Origin: Pseudomonadales bacterium
GTDB taxonomy: Bacteria; Pseudomonadota; Gammaproteobacteria; Pseudomonadales; JANQJO01
Length of the DNA: 62,525 nt
Assembly (NCBI GenBank): GCA_028281605.1
Contig: JANQJO010000085.1
Span: 1 to 62,525, forward strand
Direction: 5' to 3'
Under the pieces are notes generated by a model. The model worked only from the letters and a program-made list of their open reading frames with translations. It had not been told where the DNA came from and did no database searches. Positions 18,874-27,257 of the stretch are shown in pieces (within the stretch, counting starts at the first letter, position 1; each line of letters opens with the position of its first letter). Both the position numbers and the translations under genes were made by a program.

Positions 18874-19668
18874 ATGACACATACCCATCATGCTACCCAT
18901 ATCTCGAAGATCAACTTCAGCACAGCAGCTCGCAGTTATGATCAAGCCAGCAGTCTACAACGCATTGTTGGCCAACGCTTATTGTCTTACCTTCCACAAA
19001 CATTCCAGCCAAAAAGCATCTTGGATCTAGGCTCTGGCACAGGCACTTTATCCATAAAACTCTCACAGCGCTTTTCACAAGCACAAATTTTGGGCTTAGA
19101 CCTTGCTGAAGGGATGATCAAGCTGGCTCGCACAAAATGTGCAGATCAACCCAATATTAGCTTTACCCACAAAGACTTTGATCAAATTAACACACTGAAT
19201 AAAGCATTTGACCTCGTTATCAGCAATTTTGCACTACACTGGTCTAAAGATTTACCAACCACACTGAAGGCTATCTTATCTCAATTAAACCCAAACGGCT
19301 TGTTTGCACTATCCATTCCTGTAGAAAACAGCTTTCACGAAATCACAGCCTGTTGGTCTAAACTGGATAACTATACCCACAAACTGAATTTTCCCAAAGT
19401 CTCCAGTTTACTGAACTGTTTATCCGATCAATGCACTGAACTGGTCTTTAAAAGGGTTGAGTACACCAAAGAATATACATCTATGCACCATTTACGAGAC
19501 GATCTCAAACAATTAGGTTCAGCCAATCGCCAATCGAACAAGCGACCTGGCCTACTCACTAAAAATCAGTTACAACAATTATTGTCCGCATACGACGAGT
19601 ATCGCTCGCCCAGAGGTTTATTCCCCACAACTTACGACGTTCTTTTAGGGGTTGTTAGAAAATCATGA
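18874..19668 (+). CDS. bioC: Malonyl-[ACP] O-methyltransferase BioC
   Basis: YDQASSLQR..., SAM motif ILDLGSGTG, DLVISNFALHW, and operon context. Confidence 0.85.
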   Translation: MTHTHHATHISKINFSTAARSYDQASSLQRIVGQRLLSYLPQTFQPKSILDLGSGTGTLSIKLSQRFSQAQILGLDLAEGMIKLARTKCADQPNISFTHKDFDQINTLNKAFDLVISNFALHWSKDLPTTLKAILSQLNPNGLFALSIPVENSFHEITACWSKLDNYTHKLNFPKVSSLLNCLSDQCTELVFKRVEYTKEYTSMHHLRDDLKQLGSANRQSNKRPGLLTKNQLQQLLSAYDEYRSPRGLFPTTYDVLLGVVRKS

Positions 19669-20357
19669 CACAATATTTTTTTATTACTGGAACAGATACC
19701 GGTGTTGGTAAAACCGAGATCACTTGCGCCTTGCAATTAGGCCTGCAAAAAAAAGGGTTCACAACCAAAGCACTCAAGCCCGTCGCAGCCGGCTGCACAC
19801 AACAAGATGGTATGCTTAAAAACTTAGATGCACTGGCTCTAATGGCATCTGCTTCTCTACCCTTAAGCTACGAGCAAGTCAACCCAATAGCCCTTAAACA
19901 ACCTGCTTCACCCCACATCGCAGCAAAACTTGACGGAAAAACATTATCTGTCGATGAGATTATTCAACCCATTTTAAACGATGACCAAACGACCCAAGTC
20001 ACCTTAGTAGAAGGTGCAGGCGGCTGGTTGGTCCCCATTAACGACACTGAAACCTTAGCCGACTTTGCTTCTACCTTAAAGTTACCCGTTATTTTAGTGG
20101 TTGGTTTACGCCTGGGCTGTTTAAACCATGCACTTCTGTCCGCACACGCGATTGAACACAGCAAATTAAAGTTAGTCGCCTGGATCGGAAACCAAATAGA
20201 CCCAAACATGGACTATGTAGAAGAAAATCATGCCTATTTAACACAAAGACTTAAAGCCCCCTGCTTGGGTAAGGTCCCCCATTTAGACTCACCGACCAGC
20301 GAGGCTATTGTCAATTATTTAGATTTAAACTTACTTAACCAGAAATCTACTGTATAG
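19665..20357 (+). CDS. bioD: Dethiobiotin synthetase BioD
   Basis: FFITGTDTGVGKT (P-loop), VEGAGGWLVP, and a 4-nt overlap with bioC. Confidence 0.9.
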   Translation: MTQYFFITGTDTGVGKTEITCALQLGLQKKGFTTKALKPVAAGCTQQDGMLKNLDALALMASASLPLSYEQVNPIALKQPASPHIAAKLDGKTLSVDEIIQPILNDDQTTQVTLVEGAGGWLVPINDTETLADFASTLKLPVILVVGLRLGCLNHALLSAHAIEHSKLKLVAWIGNQIDPNMDYVEENHAYLTQRLKAPCLGKVPHLDSPTSEAIVNYLDLNLLNQKSTV

Positions 20358-20366
20358 GCGTTCTAC

Positions 20367-20795
20367 ATGACACATTCAGACATTCGCTGGCAACAGCGTT
20401 TCAATCACTACCAAAAAGCTTTTGCTAACCTCCAAGATGCAGTTACACTAAGCAAACAACGCCCACTGTCTACTCTTGAACAACAAGGGCTGATCCAATC
20501 TTTCGAATTTACCCATGAGTTAGCCTGGAACGTTATCAAAGATTTTTTTATCTATCAGGGCAATACCTCCATTATGGGTTCTCGCGACGCAACCCGGGAG
20601 GCCTTTCACAATCAGCTGATTACAGATGGTGAAGGCTGGATGGAAATGATTAAAAGCCGAAATCAAACATCCCATACCTATAATAAGGCAACGGCTGATG
20701 ATATTTGTCATAACATACTCACACGTTACTATCCTCTCTTTGCACAATTTAACGATCGCATGATGCAGTTAAACACTCTAGGCAACCAAACTTAA
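20367..20795 (+). CDS. HEPN-domain protein, HI0074-type (HepT-like toxin); second copy
   Basis: IRWQQRFNHYQKAF and an Rx4H motif (SRNQTSHTYN). It starts 10 nt after the bioD stop. Confidence 0.85.
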   Translation: MTHSDIRWQQRFNHYQKAFANLQDAVTLSKQRPLSTLEQQGLIQSFEFTHELAWNVIKDFFIYQGNTSIMGSRDATREAFHNQLITDGEGWMEMIKSRNQTSHTYNKATADDICHNILTRYYPLFAQFNDRMMQLNTLGNQT

Positions 20796-21109
20796 TGAAA
20801 TTTGGTCTAAGCCAAAAAGTGATTACGCAAATGAATCACGTATTCGCACAACACCCAAAAATAAAAAAAGTGATTTTATACGGCTCTAGAGCAAAAGGGA
20901 CTTACCATCCAGGGTCTGATATCGATTTAACTATGTTAGGTGAATCGCTCACAACCAGAGATCTATTGCGCATCGAAAATGAATTGGATAATTTGCTGCT
21001 ACCTTATAAAATAGACTTGAGTCTGTTGCACCATATTCATGAGCAAGATCTAATGGCACATATCCAACGTGTCGGTTGCTCTTTTTATCCTACTGGACCT
21101 AATCCTTAA
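20795..21109 (+). CDS. Minimal nucleotidyltransferase (MntA-like antitoxin); second copy
   Basis: LYGSRAKGTYHPGSDIDLTM, with a TAATG stop/start overlap with the HEPN gene. Confidence 0.85.
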   Translation: MKFGLSQKVITQMNHVFAQHPKIKKVILYGSRAKGTYHPGSDIDLTMLGESLTTRDLLRIENELDNLLLPYKIDLSLLHHIHEQDLMAHIQRVGCSFYPTGPNP

Positions 21110-21285
21110 GGTGCATCACAACATATAGCAAGACCCAATGTACCAGTCATTCAGTCAACTATCTTTCTCTAACTAGCAAGCTCTTAAAGAGAACGAGAGC
21201 TTACGACAGGTTCACTTGATTTTTTTATTTTTATTCGATATGGATGTCGATTCAGCCAAAAGTTATTTCACGCACGTTCCGTTTC

Positions 21286-22095
21286 TTAAAGCTTTTCAGA
21301 TAGGGTAAGTAGCACTTTTGAATGTAAAGACTCAGAAGCAGCAAGAAGTGTCGATGACCTTAACGACCAATCATGTCCTTCTAAGTCAGTTATACACGCA
21401 CCAGATTCTACGGCAATCAGTGCGCCAGCCGCAACATCCCAAGGGTAATAAGAATCGTCGATACGAATATCGATACGCCCTATCGCAATATAACAAAGTT
21501 CAAGTGCTCCCGAGTAAAAAGACCGAACCGCACGTACTTTGGGTGAAAGTAACTTAAGAATACCTAAGTTTCTACAGAGAGATTTTGAGTCATGGGAAAT
21601 ATCTATACCTAACGTTGCGTTATTTAAATTTTCTATACTGCTGGAGCATAGAATTTTCTGACTATTCAAACTAGCCCCGCCACTATGCTCGGCGTAAAAT
21701 AGTTCGTCCCTTATTGGGTCGTGAACAACGCTTAGCAAGGGACAACCGCGATAGTAAATCGCAATGGAAACGGAAAACAATGGGAGGCCGGAGATAAAGT
21801 TCACAGTTCCATCACATGGGTCAACGATCCAAAGATAATCTACTTCGTTATTTAGAGTATCTCTTGCATGGACTTTGGTGTATTCCTCAGATAAAATCGA
21901 ATCTGTCGGAAACTGCCGTAATATTTCTTCTCTAATATATTTATCTGATCGAAGATCTTGTATCGTTTGAGGGTCCTGACCAGGTCGAACAATTCTAATT
22001 TCTTCATACCCATCAAAAGCCTTACGCAACCTTTCTCCAGCCGATATTGCTAGGGCTCGAGCAAGCTCAGATCTTGCACTCCAATTAACATCCAT
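21286..22095 (-). CDS. Inositol-monophosphatase-fold (IMPase/CysQ/SuhB superfamily) phosphatase, translationally coupled to the TIR gene
   Basis: All three family motifs are intact: ..ILSEEY; WIVDPCDGTVNFISGLPLFSVSIA; YPWDVAAGALIAVESGA. The ATG at 22095-22093 directly abuts the TAA of the upstream gene. Confidence 0.85.
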   Translation of the reverse strand: MDVNWSARSELARALAISAGERLRKAFDGYEEIRIVRPGQDPQTIQDLRSDKYIREEILRQFPTDSILSEEYTKVHARDTLNNEVDYLWIVDPCDGTVNFISGLPLFSVSIAIYYRGCPLLSVVHDPIRDELFYAEHSGGASLNSQKILCSSSIENLNNATLGIDISHDSKSLCRNLGILKLLSPKVRAVRSFYSGALELCYIAIGRIDIRIDDSYYPWDVAAGALIAVESGACITDLEGHDWSLRSSTLLAASESLHSKVLLTLSEKL

Positions 22096-23127
22096 TTAAA
22101 ATTTACTCACCCACAAAATTTCTGGTTGTATGTGTATACCTCTCTTTCGAGCTCTAAATACAACTTGGAAGCGTTCGTCATTCTTCTGTAACAACGGCTT
22201 AATTAATTCATGATTCAGAATATCTTCATTGGAAGCAATATGCCCGCCAGCCCAAGTCCCTAACGAGTACGCGCCGGCAACAATAATTACCCTGCGGGAG
22301 GGATAATCAGGATGTTGGGCACGTACAAGTATGCCAACATCTTCTATCACTTCACCATCTTCAATAATTGGTTGCTCAATGTAATCCCCTTTAATATCAC
22401 ATACATACTTTATATCTATATTGTTATTTTCGCCATTGCAATCTCCAAAGAACTGCCTAGGAACTTGTAATCGAGTCAAAAGTTCTTCGGTAAGGCGATG
22501 CGAAGGTCCACCACCGAAACACACAAGATGATTGTCAGAGTCTTTGACAAAAAGATCACCATCCAAGTCATGTTTGAGCCGAATAGGTTTGTTAACCGTA
22601 CTACATTCGTAAAGAGCATTACTCACTTCCACTACTGCTCGTGCATCACCAAAGCCAATGTATTTTGGCATCGACTCTGCGCCATCAGGTTCCCCGGAAT
22701 GCAAACATGTGACCAAATGCACATCTCCCTCAAACCCATGCCAGAATGATAAGAGCCGCTTTCTCTCCATTGAGCGTATCGATTTAATTAACTGAGTAAC
22801 CGTTGATAACCAAGTGTAAGCCATTAATCCCGCTGGTGCACTCTGTACGTCAACTGCTTCTAACTGGAAAACATGAGTAGGAAGATTTGCAGTGTTAGCA
22901 ATTTCATGCTCTCGTGCAATTTCCTGTGAATTGACACTTTGCTGACTCAATACGCAAACAATGTGGTCGCATTCGCAGATGCGCTGAGACAAAGCTTCGC
23001 GCCAAGGACCACCTGACAACAGTCGGTCGTCCCAGAATACTTCAAAGCCAGACTGTTCTAAATCATCTACCACACGTGCAACGAATTCTTTATCTTGTCG
23101 TCCATATGCTACAAAAAGCTTAGTCAT
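22096..23127 (-). CDS. TIR-domain protein with an unassigned ~220-aa C-terminal domain
   Basis: The N-terminal ~120 aa are TIR_2-like (KLFVAYGRQDKEFVARVVDDLEQSGFEVFWDDRLLSGGPWREAL...HIVCVLSQQSVNSQEIAREHEIA). The C-terminal part has Gly-rich beta-loop motifs (YIGFGDARA; LVCFGGGPSHRLTEELL; VIIVAGAYSLGTWAGGHIA). The ATG is at 23127; the track opens at a TTG at 23130. Confidence 0.8.
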   Translation of the reverse strand: MTKLFVAYGRQDKEFVARVVDDLEQSGFEVFWDDRLLSGGPWREALSQRICECDHIVCVLSQQSVNSQEIAREHEIANTANLPTHVFQLEAVDVQSAPAGLMAYTWLSTVTQLIKSIRSMERKRLLSFWHGFEGDVHLVTCLHSGEPDGAESMPKYIGFGDARAVVEVSNALYECSTVNKPIRLKHDLDGDLFVKDSDNHLVCFGGGPSHRLTEELLTRLQVPRQFFGDCNGENNNIDIKYVCDIKGDYIEQPIIEDGEVIEDVGILVRAQHPDYPSRRVIIVAGAYSLGTWAGGHIASNEDILNHELIKPLLQKNDERFQVVFRARKRGIHIQPEILWVSKF

Positions 23128-23149
23128 CAACTTAGTACCTATATTTTTT

Positions 23150-23167
23150 AGGAACGTGCACGTTCCT
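23150..23167. promoter_or_regulatory. Perfect 18-bp palindrome (operator-like) 23 bp upstream of the TIR ATG
   Basis: aggaacgtgcacgttcct is fully self-complementary with no loop, which favours a dimeric DNA-binding-protein site over a terminator. Confidence 0.5.
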
Positions 23168-23176
23168 TATCAGTTT

Positions 23177-23205
23177 AATATAACACTTCTATATTCCCTA
23201 AGTAA
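23177..23205 (-). promoter_or_regulatory. Putative sigma70 promoter of the TIR-IMPase operon
   Basis: The minus strand reads TTACTT - 17 nt - TATATT. The palindrome begins about 10 nt downstream of the -10 element. Confidence 0.35.
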
Positions 23206-23742
23206 CCAAAATACTTCTAGCACAACGAAAACCAAAATCTGCATCTCGAACATCACTTGCGTTAGAAGAAGCAAGAGGGAAAGAAATAAACTACAGTAGA
23301 GAACGGCTACTTACCCATTCAAGACTCTCACTCGATCTTAATCAGCGCCTCGTGGCGCACAGTGCCTGACAGAAAACCCCTTAACCATATGAAATAAAAA
23401 GTTTTTTCTGCTATTTTTTGGAACGAAGATTTTTGCTGGTTTTGAAATGCTGTTATCAGATGATTCAAGTACAAACAGAAAACCTTCTCTGTTAGAAAAG
23501 ACCGCTGTATTTTTGAGCATTTCCAAAAAATCTTCGTTTTATAAAATTACCTGAATTCCCTTTAAATTCAGACTATTAAGATTTTTCTATCAGACACTAT
23601 TTAAGAGCATCAACGAAAGAGCAGGACGCACAGAGAGCGAAAAAATGATCTTTTGAGCTTTGCTGAAAAAACGGGCGTGTATGTGTATGGCTGATTATGC
23701 GTCACGACCCCTAATACAGGAAAAGGTTCGTTGAACTGAACA

Positions 23743-24209
23743 TTAAAAAGACCATTGTTCTTCAGCCATGAATTTTTCCAATGAAATACATTTGATTTTG
23801 AAATGACGACACACATTTGGTATCTTGGCTGCATTAGGCTTGAGTTTTTCAGTTGTCACAACACAGCCGTTTAACATCTTTGCTTTTGCAATCACAAAAG
23901 GGTCTGCAACAGGGTTTCCCTTTAATCTCTCTTGTTTTTTAATGAGTGATTGGAAATGTGGCACAGCAAATATCTTTCCAACGAATATCATTTCTCCTTG
24001 CGATGGTTCATGGAAAAACCCTTTGTGGTGCTTTACCCATTTAGATAGCCCATCGTCTTGTCGACCTAGCTCCCTTGCAACTTCTTTCACGGATATAATG
24101 CTTTGTTTCTCAATCACCTCGTCAAACAGTTCCCATAGAGAAGGGAAACGCTCAGGATAATAATGTGTGAAAATATTAATAAAGGTCCACTATCAAAAAC
24201 GTAAGTCAC
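23743..24209 (-). pseudogene. DUF4411 (PIN-like) protein gene with an apparent 1-nt frameshift near its 5' end
   Basis: The C-terminal part matches DUF4411 (..VADPFVIAKAK..NGCVVTTEK....KIPNVC....IKCISL..F). The expected N-terminus V-TYVFDSGP starts at a GTG overlapping the upstream TGA (GTGA) but lies in another frame. Adding one T to the run at ~24181-24184 restores DSGPFINIFTHYYPERFPSLWELFDE. Confidence 0.6.
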
Positions 24210-25375
24210 ACAGCACTCCCTGTGCTAAATAAAAGTGATTCCATTCCAGGAATATTTTTGTCTTTTACATCCAAATAATCCGCAAGTTGGCTTTTATCAA
24301 TTTTATTCTGGTAGTAAAAGCTGAAAGCACGCTCTATATACTTCTCGCCTAAATAAGCACCTCTTGTACGGTAATAATCACCACCACTACCCTGTTTCTT
24401 TTTGGCACTTTTTTTCCATGAATCTACTTTTCTGGCATAGAAGATTTGATCAATCCTACCAAAATCCAGTAATCTTCTTAGTATCACCTCTCGACTCACA
24501 CTATATTCATCAGATAATGACTGAATTAAAGAGTCGTTTATTTCAGTTCCTTGAATACGGTTAGAAAAATCACTTTGTGGAACTAAAAATTCACCTGCGA
24601 ATTTGTTGCAAAGCACTTCTATTTTTTTATTGTCACCTTGTATTCTATCAATGTAACTATCATCGACAACATATACCCCCCCTGTCTCAAAGAGAAGATG
24701 ACAAAGCTCATGAAACAATGTAAAAATCTGTCTGGATGCAGATTTGCTATTATTAACATATACAATCGGAAATACGTCGTCATATAGGCAGAACCCTGAA
24801 AAATCGTCTGTCTTGAAAGCATCTTTAAATATATAGATGCCTACAGCTTCAAACTGTTCTCTCCAGTATTTAAATGCTTCTTCCGGGTCTTTCAATTTTG
24901 ATTGATCTTCCAAACTCACATCAAGGTAATCTCTTACCTTACTTGCCATTGCTTTTACTGTTGTGTTGGTTTTAAATTTCAAGTTACCAATAATATGTTT
25001 GGTAGATGGATTAATACCATCATACAATTCAGCAAGATTTAACTGAAATGATTCTGCTTTCCTTAGTAAAGTGCGTATCCTTGGAGGAAGATGTTCAATT
25101 TCATATTCTGGTAATGTTCTAAAAGACTGTTCAGGTGATGTTTCTTCGGGTGGCTCTGGAAAAAAGAATAATGCTAATGGACGATTGTAAATCTCATAAG
25201 CAAGACGCTCTAGCTGCTTGTAGTTCGGCGATGATTTTCCAGATTCCCATTCCTCAACTGTTTTATTAGTAACTCCTTTTCTTCCGATTTTTTTAACAAC
25301 ATCATCAATAGAAAGTCCCGCAGTGGTTCTGGCCCACAACAAAATATCTTGGTTAATTGGCACTGATTCTGTCAT
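24206..25375 (-). CDS. XRE-family HTH fused to an ImmA/IrrE (DUF955) zinc metallopeptidase
   Basis: N-terminal HTH (LLWARTTAGLSIDDVVKKIG...VEEWESGKSSPNYKQLERLA), HExxH (FTLFHELCHLLFE), and the usual partner gene DUF4411 downstream. Confidence 0.85.
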   Translation of the reverse strand: MTESVPINQDILLWARTTAGLSIDDVVKKIGRKGVTNKTVEEWESGKSSPNYKQLERLAYEIYNRPLALFFFPEPPEETSPEQSFRTLPEYEIEHLPPRIRTLLRKAESFQLNLAELYDGINPSTKHIIGNLKFKTNTTVKAMASKVRDYLDVSLEDQSKLKDPEEAFKYWREQFEAVGIYIFKDAFKTDDFSGFCLYDDVFPIVYVNNSKSASRQIFTLFHELCHLLFETGGVYVVDDSYIDRIQGDNKKIEVLCNKFAGEFLVPQSDFSNRIQGTEINDSLIQSLSDEYSVSREVILRRLLDFGRIDQIFYARKVDSWKKSAKKKQGSGGDYYRTRGAYLGEKYIERAFSFYYQNKIDKSQLADYLDVKDKNIPGMESLLFSTGSAV

Positions 25376-25386
25376 TAACTCACTCT

Positions 25387-25954
25387 TTAGGCTAATTTTA
25401 ATAATCTATAGAACGTACTACGTGATATTTGCATTTCTTTACATATTGATATAACACTTAACTCTTTATCTTCATACAATCTACTTGCCATTTTAGCACG
25501 AGGATCATCCGCAGTGACGGGCTTGTGGCCCCCTCGCTTACCTCTGGCACGGGCTGCCTTTAAACCTGCGCGGGTACGTTCCTGCGTTAACCGCCGCTCA
25601 AACTGCGCAAGGGAAGAGAAAATATTAAACACCAGTTCACCGCTTGCCGTGGTGGTATCAATCACACCGTCACAAATGGAACGAAACCCAATCCCGCGTT
25701 CGCGTAAGTCTTCGATAAGGCCGACCAGATGCGGCATAGAACGGCACAAGACGATCTAACCGCCAGACGAGAAGGATATCACCTTTTTGTAAGGTATCCA
25801 GACATGCATCAAGGCCGGGGCGATGGCTTTAGCACCTGATATCTTATCCGGTGAAGATATGGGAGGGATTGCAACCTGCCTGTTCAAGTGCATCAAGTTG
25901 CAGGTTTAGTTCCTGCTCATCCGTACTGACGCGGGCATATCCGTACAATGTCAC
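25387..25954 (-). pseudogene. Serine recombinase (resolvase/invertase) pseudogene with at least 2-3 frameshifts in the catalytic domain
   Basis: Three pieces lie in three different frames. VTLYGYARVSTDEQELNLQLDALEQAGC..IFTG* comes from the GTG at 25954. DKISGAKA / RPGLDACLDTLQKGDILLVWRLDRL follows. The 120-aa ORF then carries MPHLVGLIEDLRERGIGFRS..., GELVFNIFSSLAQFERRL..ERT, and a C-terminal HTH. The region is visibly GC-richer than its flanks. Confidence 0.85.
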
Positions 25955-26739
25955 AGTGATATTCCATGCTGTATGAGGGGGGTTAAAAACAGTCCACGCC
26001 ATAATATCTGTTTTATCAATAAAGGCAAGTGATGAGTAAACGGAACTTTGATTTATGAAACGTCAATCCGGGACAATCTATGTGCTGTTCTGGGGTGGTT
26101 TCGGAGTAGGGTAGTTGTGTGTCATCAAAGGGGCGGATACTGTTGGCGAACTCATAGAGCATCAAGTTTTAGGTGAAAAATTGGACAAAATTGCTGATTT
26201 CATACCCTGAAGCTGCCAGTTTTGTATGGCTTTAGCGCAACTTAGAGGTTCGCCAACAGTATCGGAACGTTTTTCGGGACTGTGAAGCCTGACGCGGCGG
26301 ATAGCCTTTAAATTAAGTAATTTCATACGCTTTTCAACTCTTTTACGAACATCAGGATATATTCGATCTCGGTGAGAAGACCGCAGCTCTTCGGAGGCCC
26401 CTCATCCCGGAAGATTCAAAACGCCGTCAACAGCTTAGCTTGCTCAACCATTTACATTGGAGGCTGAAAATATTGTTATAAGGCTTCTTGAACGAGGTGC
26501 ATGTATCTTAAATGATTGGTTATGAGTTAATCTTTGTCTTTGAATTTGGTTATTGTAGTGGTATTATTGGTGGATGAATAAAAGCTTAGGCCATTTACCT
26601 GCTTCAAAACAAAGAGACCTTGCTCACATAGTAGCTTTGTAGTTTCTGGAAGGGGTTTGGACCAGTTGTTGGGGCGTTAGCATGAAAAAATTAAATTAGA
26701 GTTTCAAAGTATGAATCAAGATACAAGGAGGAATATCTG

Positions 26740-27171
26740 ATGACTGTCACTGTTAACATGTTAATGAATATGACCAAAGCTGAGTTGGATGAGCTTTACA
26801 ATAAAAGTTCTGTTGGAGCGTTACCTGAAGGAGAGGCCAAGGGGACTGCATTGTTTTTATTTGGATTGGATGTGAACGATGTTTTTGCATCTCTTGTTCA
26901 GTCGATCGCTTGGCAAGGGAAGATTTTTTACTCTGAAGATGAAAGGCTTATGATTAACCGAGTTTCTCCTTTGGGTATTAAATTCTTGCGAGCCCAAGTC
27001 TATAAAGGCAGCAGTTTGTTGGGCGATGGTGAGACCATTATCGTGGATTATTCAAAGACCTCTATTTTTAAAAAGGCGAAAGATGAAATTCGGGAAGTGT
27101 CTCCAGGTGTATATTTGGGGCATGCTTTGTGGGGTAAGCAGCGTTTAACCATGTTTGCGTTACAATTTTGA
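26740..27171 (+). CDS. Hypothetical protein (weak resemblance to the GXWXG/DUF4334 family)
   Basis: Strong RBS (caaggaggaatatctg-ATG). AWQGKIFY and IIVDYSK....KDEIREVSPGVYLG recall DUF4334. The functional call is weak. Confidence 0.55.
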   Translation: MTVTVNMLMNMTKAELDELYNKSSVGALPEGEAKGTALFLFGLDVNDVFASLVQSIAWQGKIFYSEDERLMINRVSPLGIKFLRAQVYKGSSLLGDGETIIVDYSKTSIFKKAKDEIREVSPGVYLGHALWGKQRLTMFALQF

Positions 27172-27257
27172 GTTTCTGCATGTTTCCTTAGAACATGTTT
27201 TAAAAGTCAAAGTTTAAGCAATTAGCCTTATAGAATAATGTGATATTTTTGCTCAGG

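Noticed and set aside
23338-23834. ORFs 23338-23526 (-) and 23610-23834 (-) in the gap between DUF4411 and the TIR gene
   Set aside because: They have no RBS and odd composition, and the second overlaps the DUF4411 3' end. The region contains short inverted repeats (aacgaagattttt at ~23424 and ~23533) and looks non-coding. I could not assign an ncRNA either.
26085-26125. Possible Tn3-family terminal inverted repeat (ggggtggtttcggagtagggtag...) near the dead resolvase
   Set aside because: It starts with GGGG but lacks the rest of the Tn3/Tn21 IR consensus as I remember it. No second copy and no transposase remnant could be identified.
26160-26330. Minus-strand ORF MKLLNLKAIRRVRLHSPEKRSDTVGE... 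as a possible transposase N-terminus
   Set aside because: It is short, has no recognisable transposase motif, and is partly generated by the 17-bp inverted repeat.
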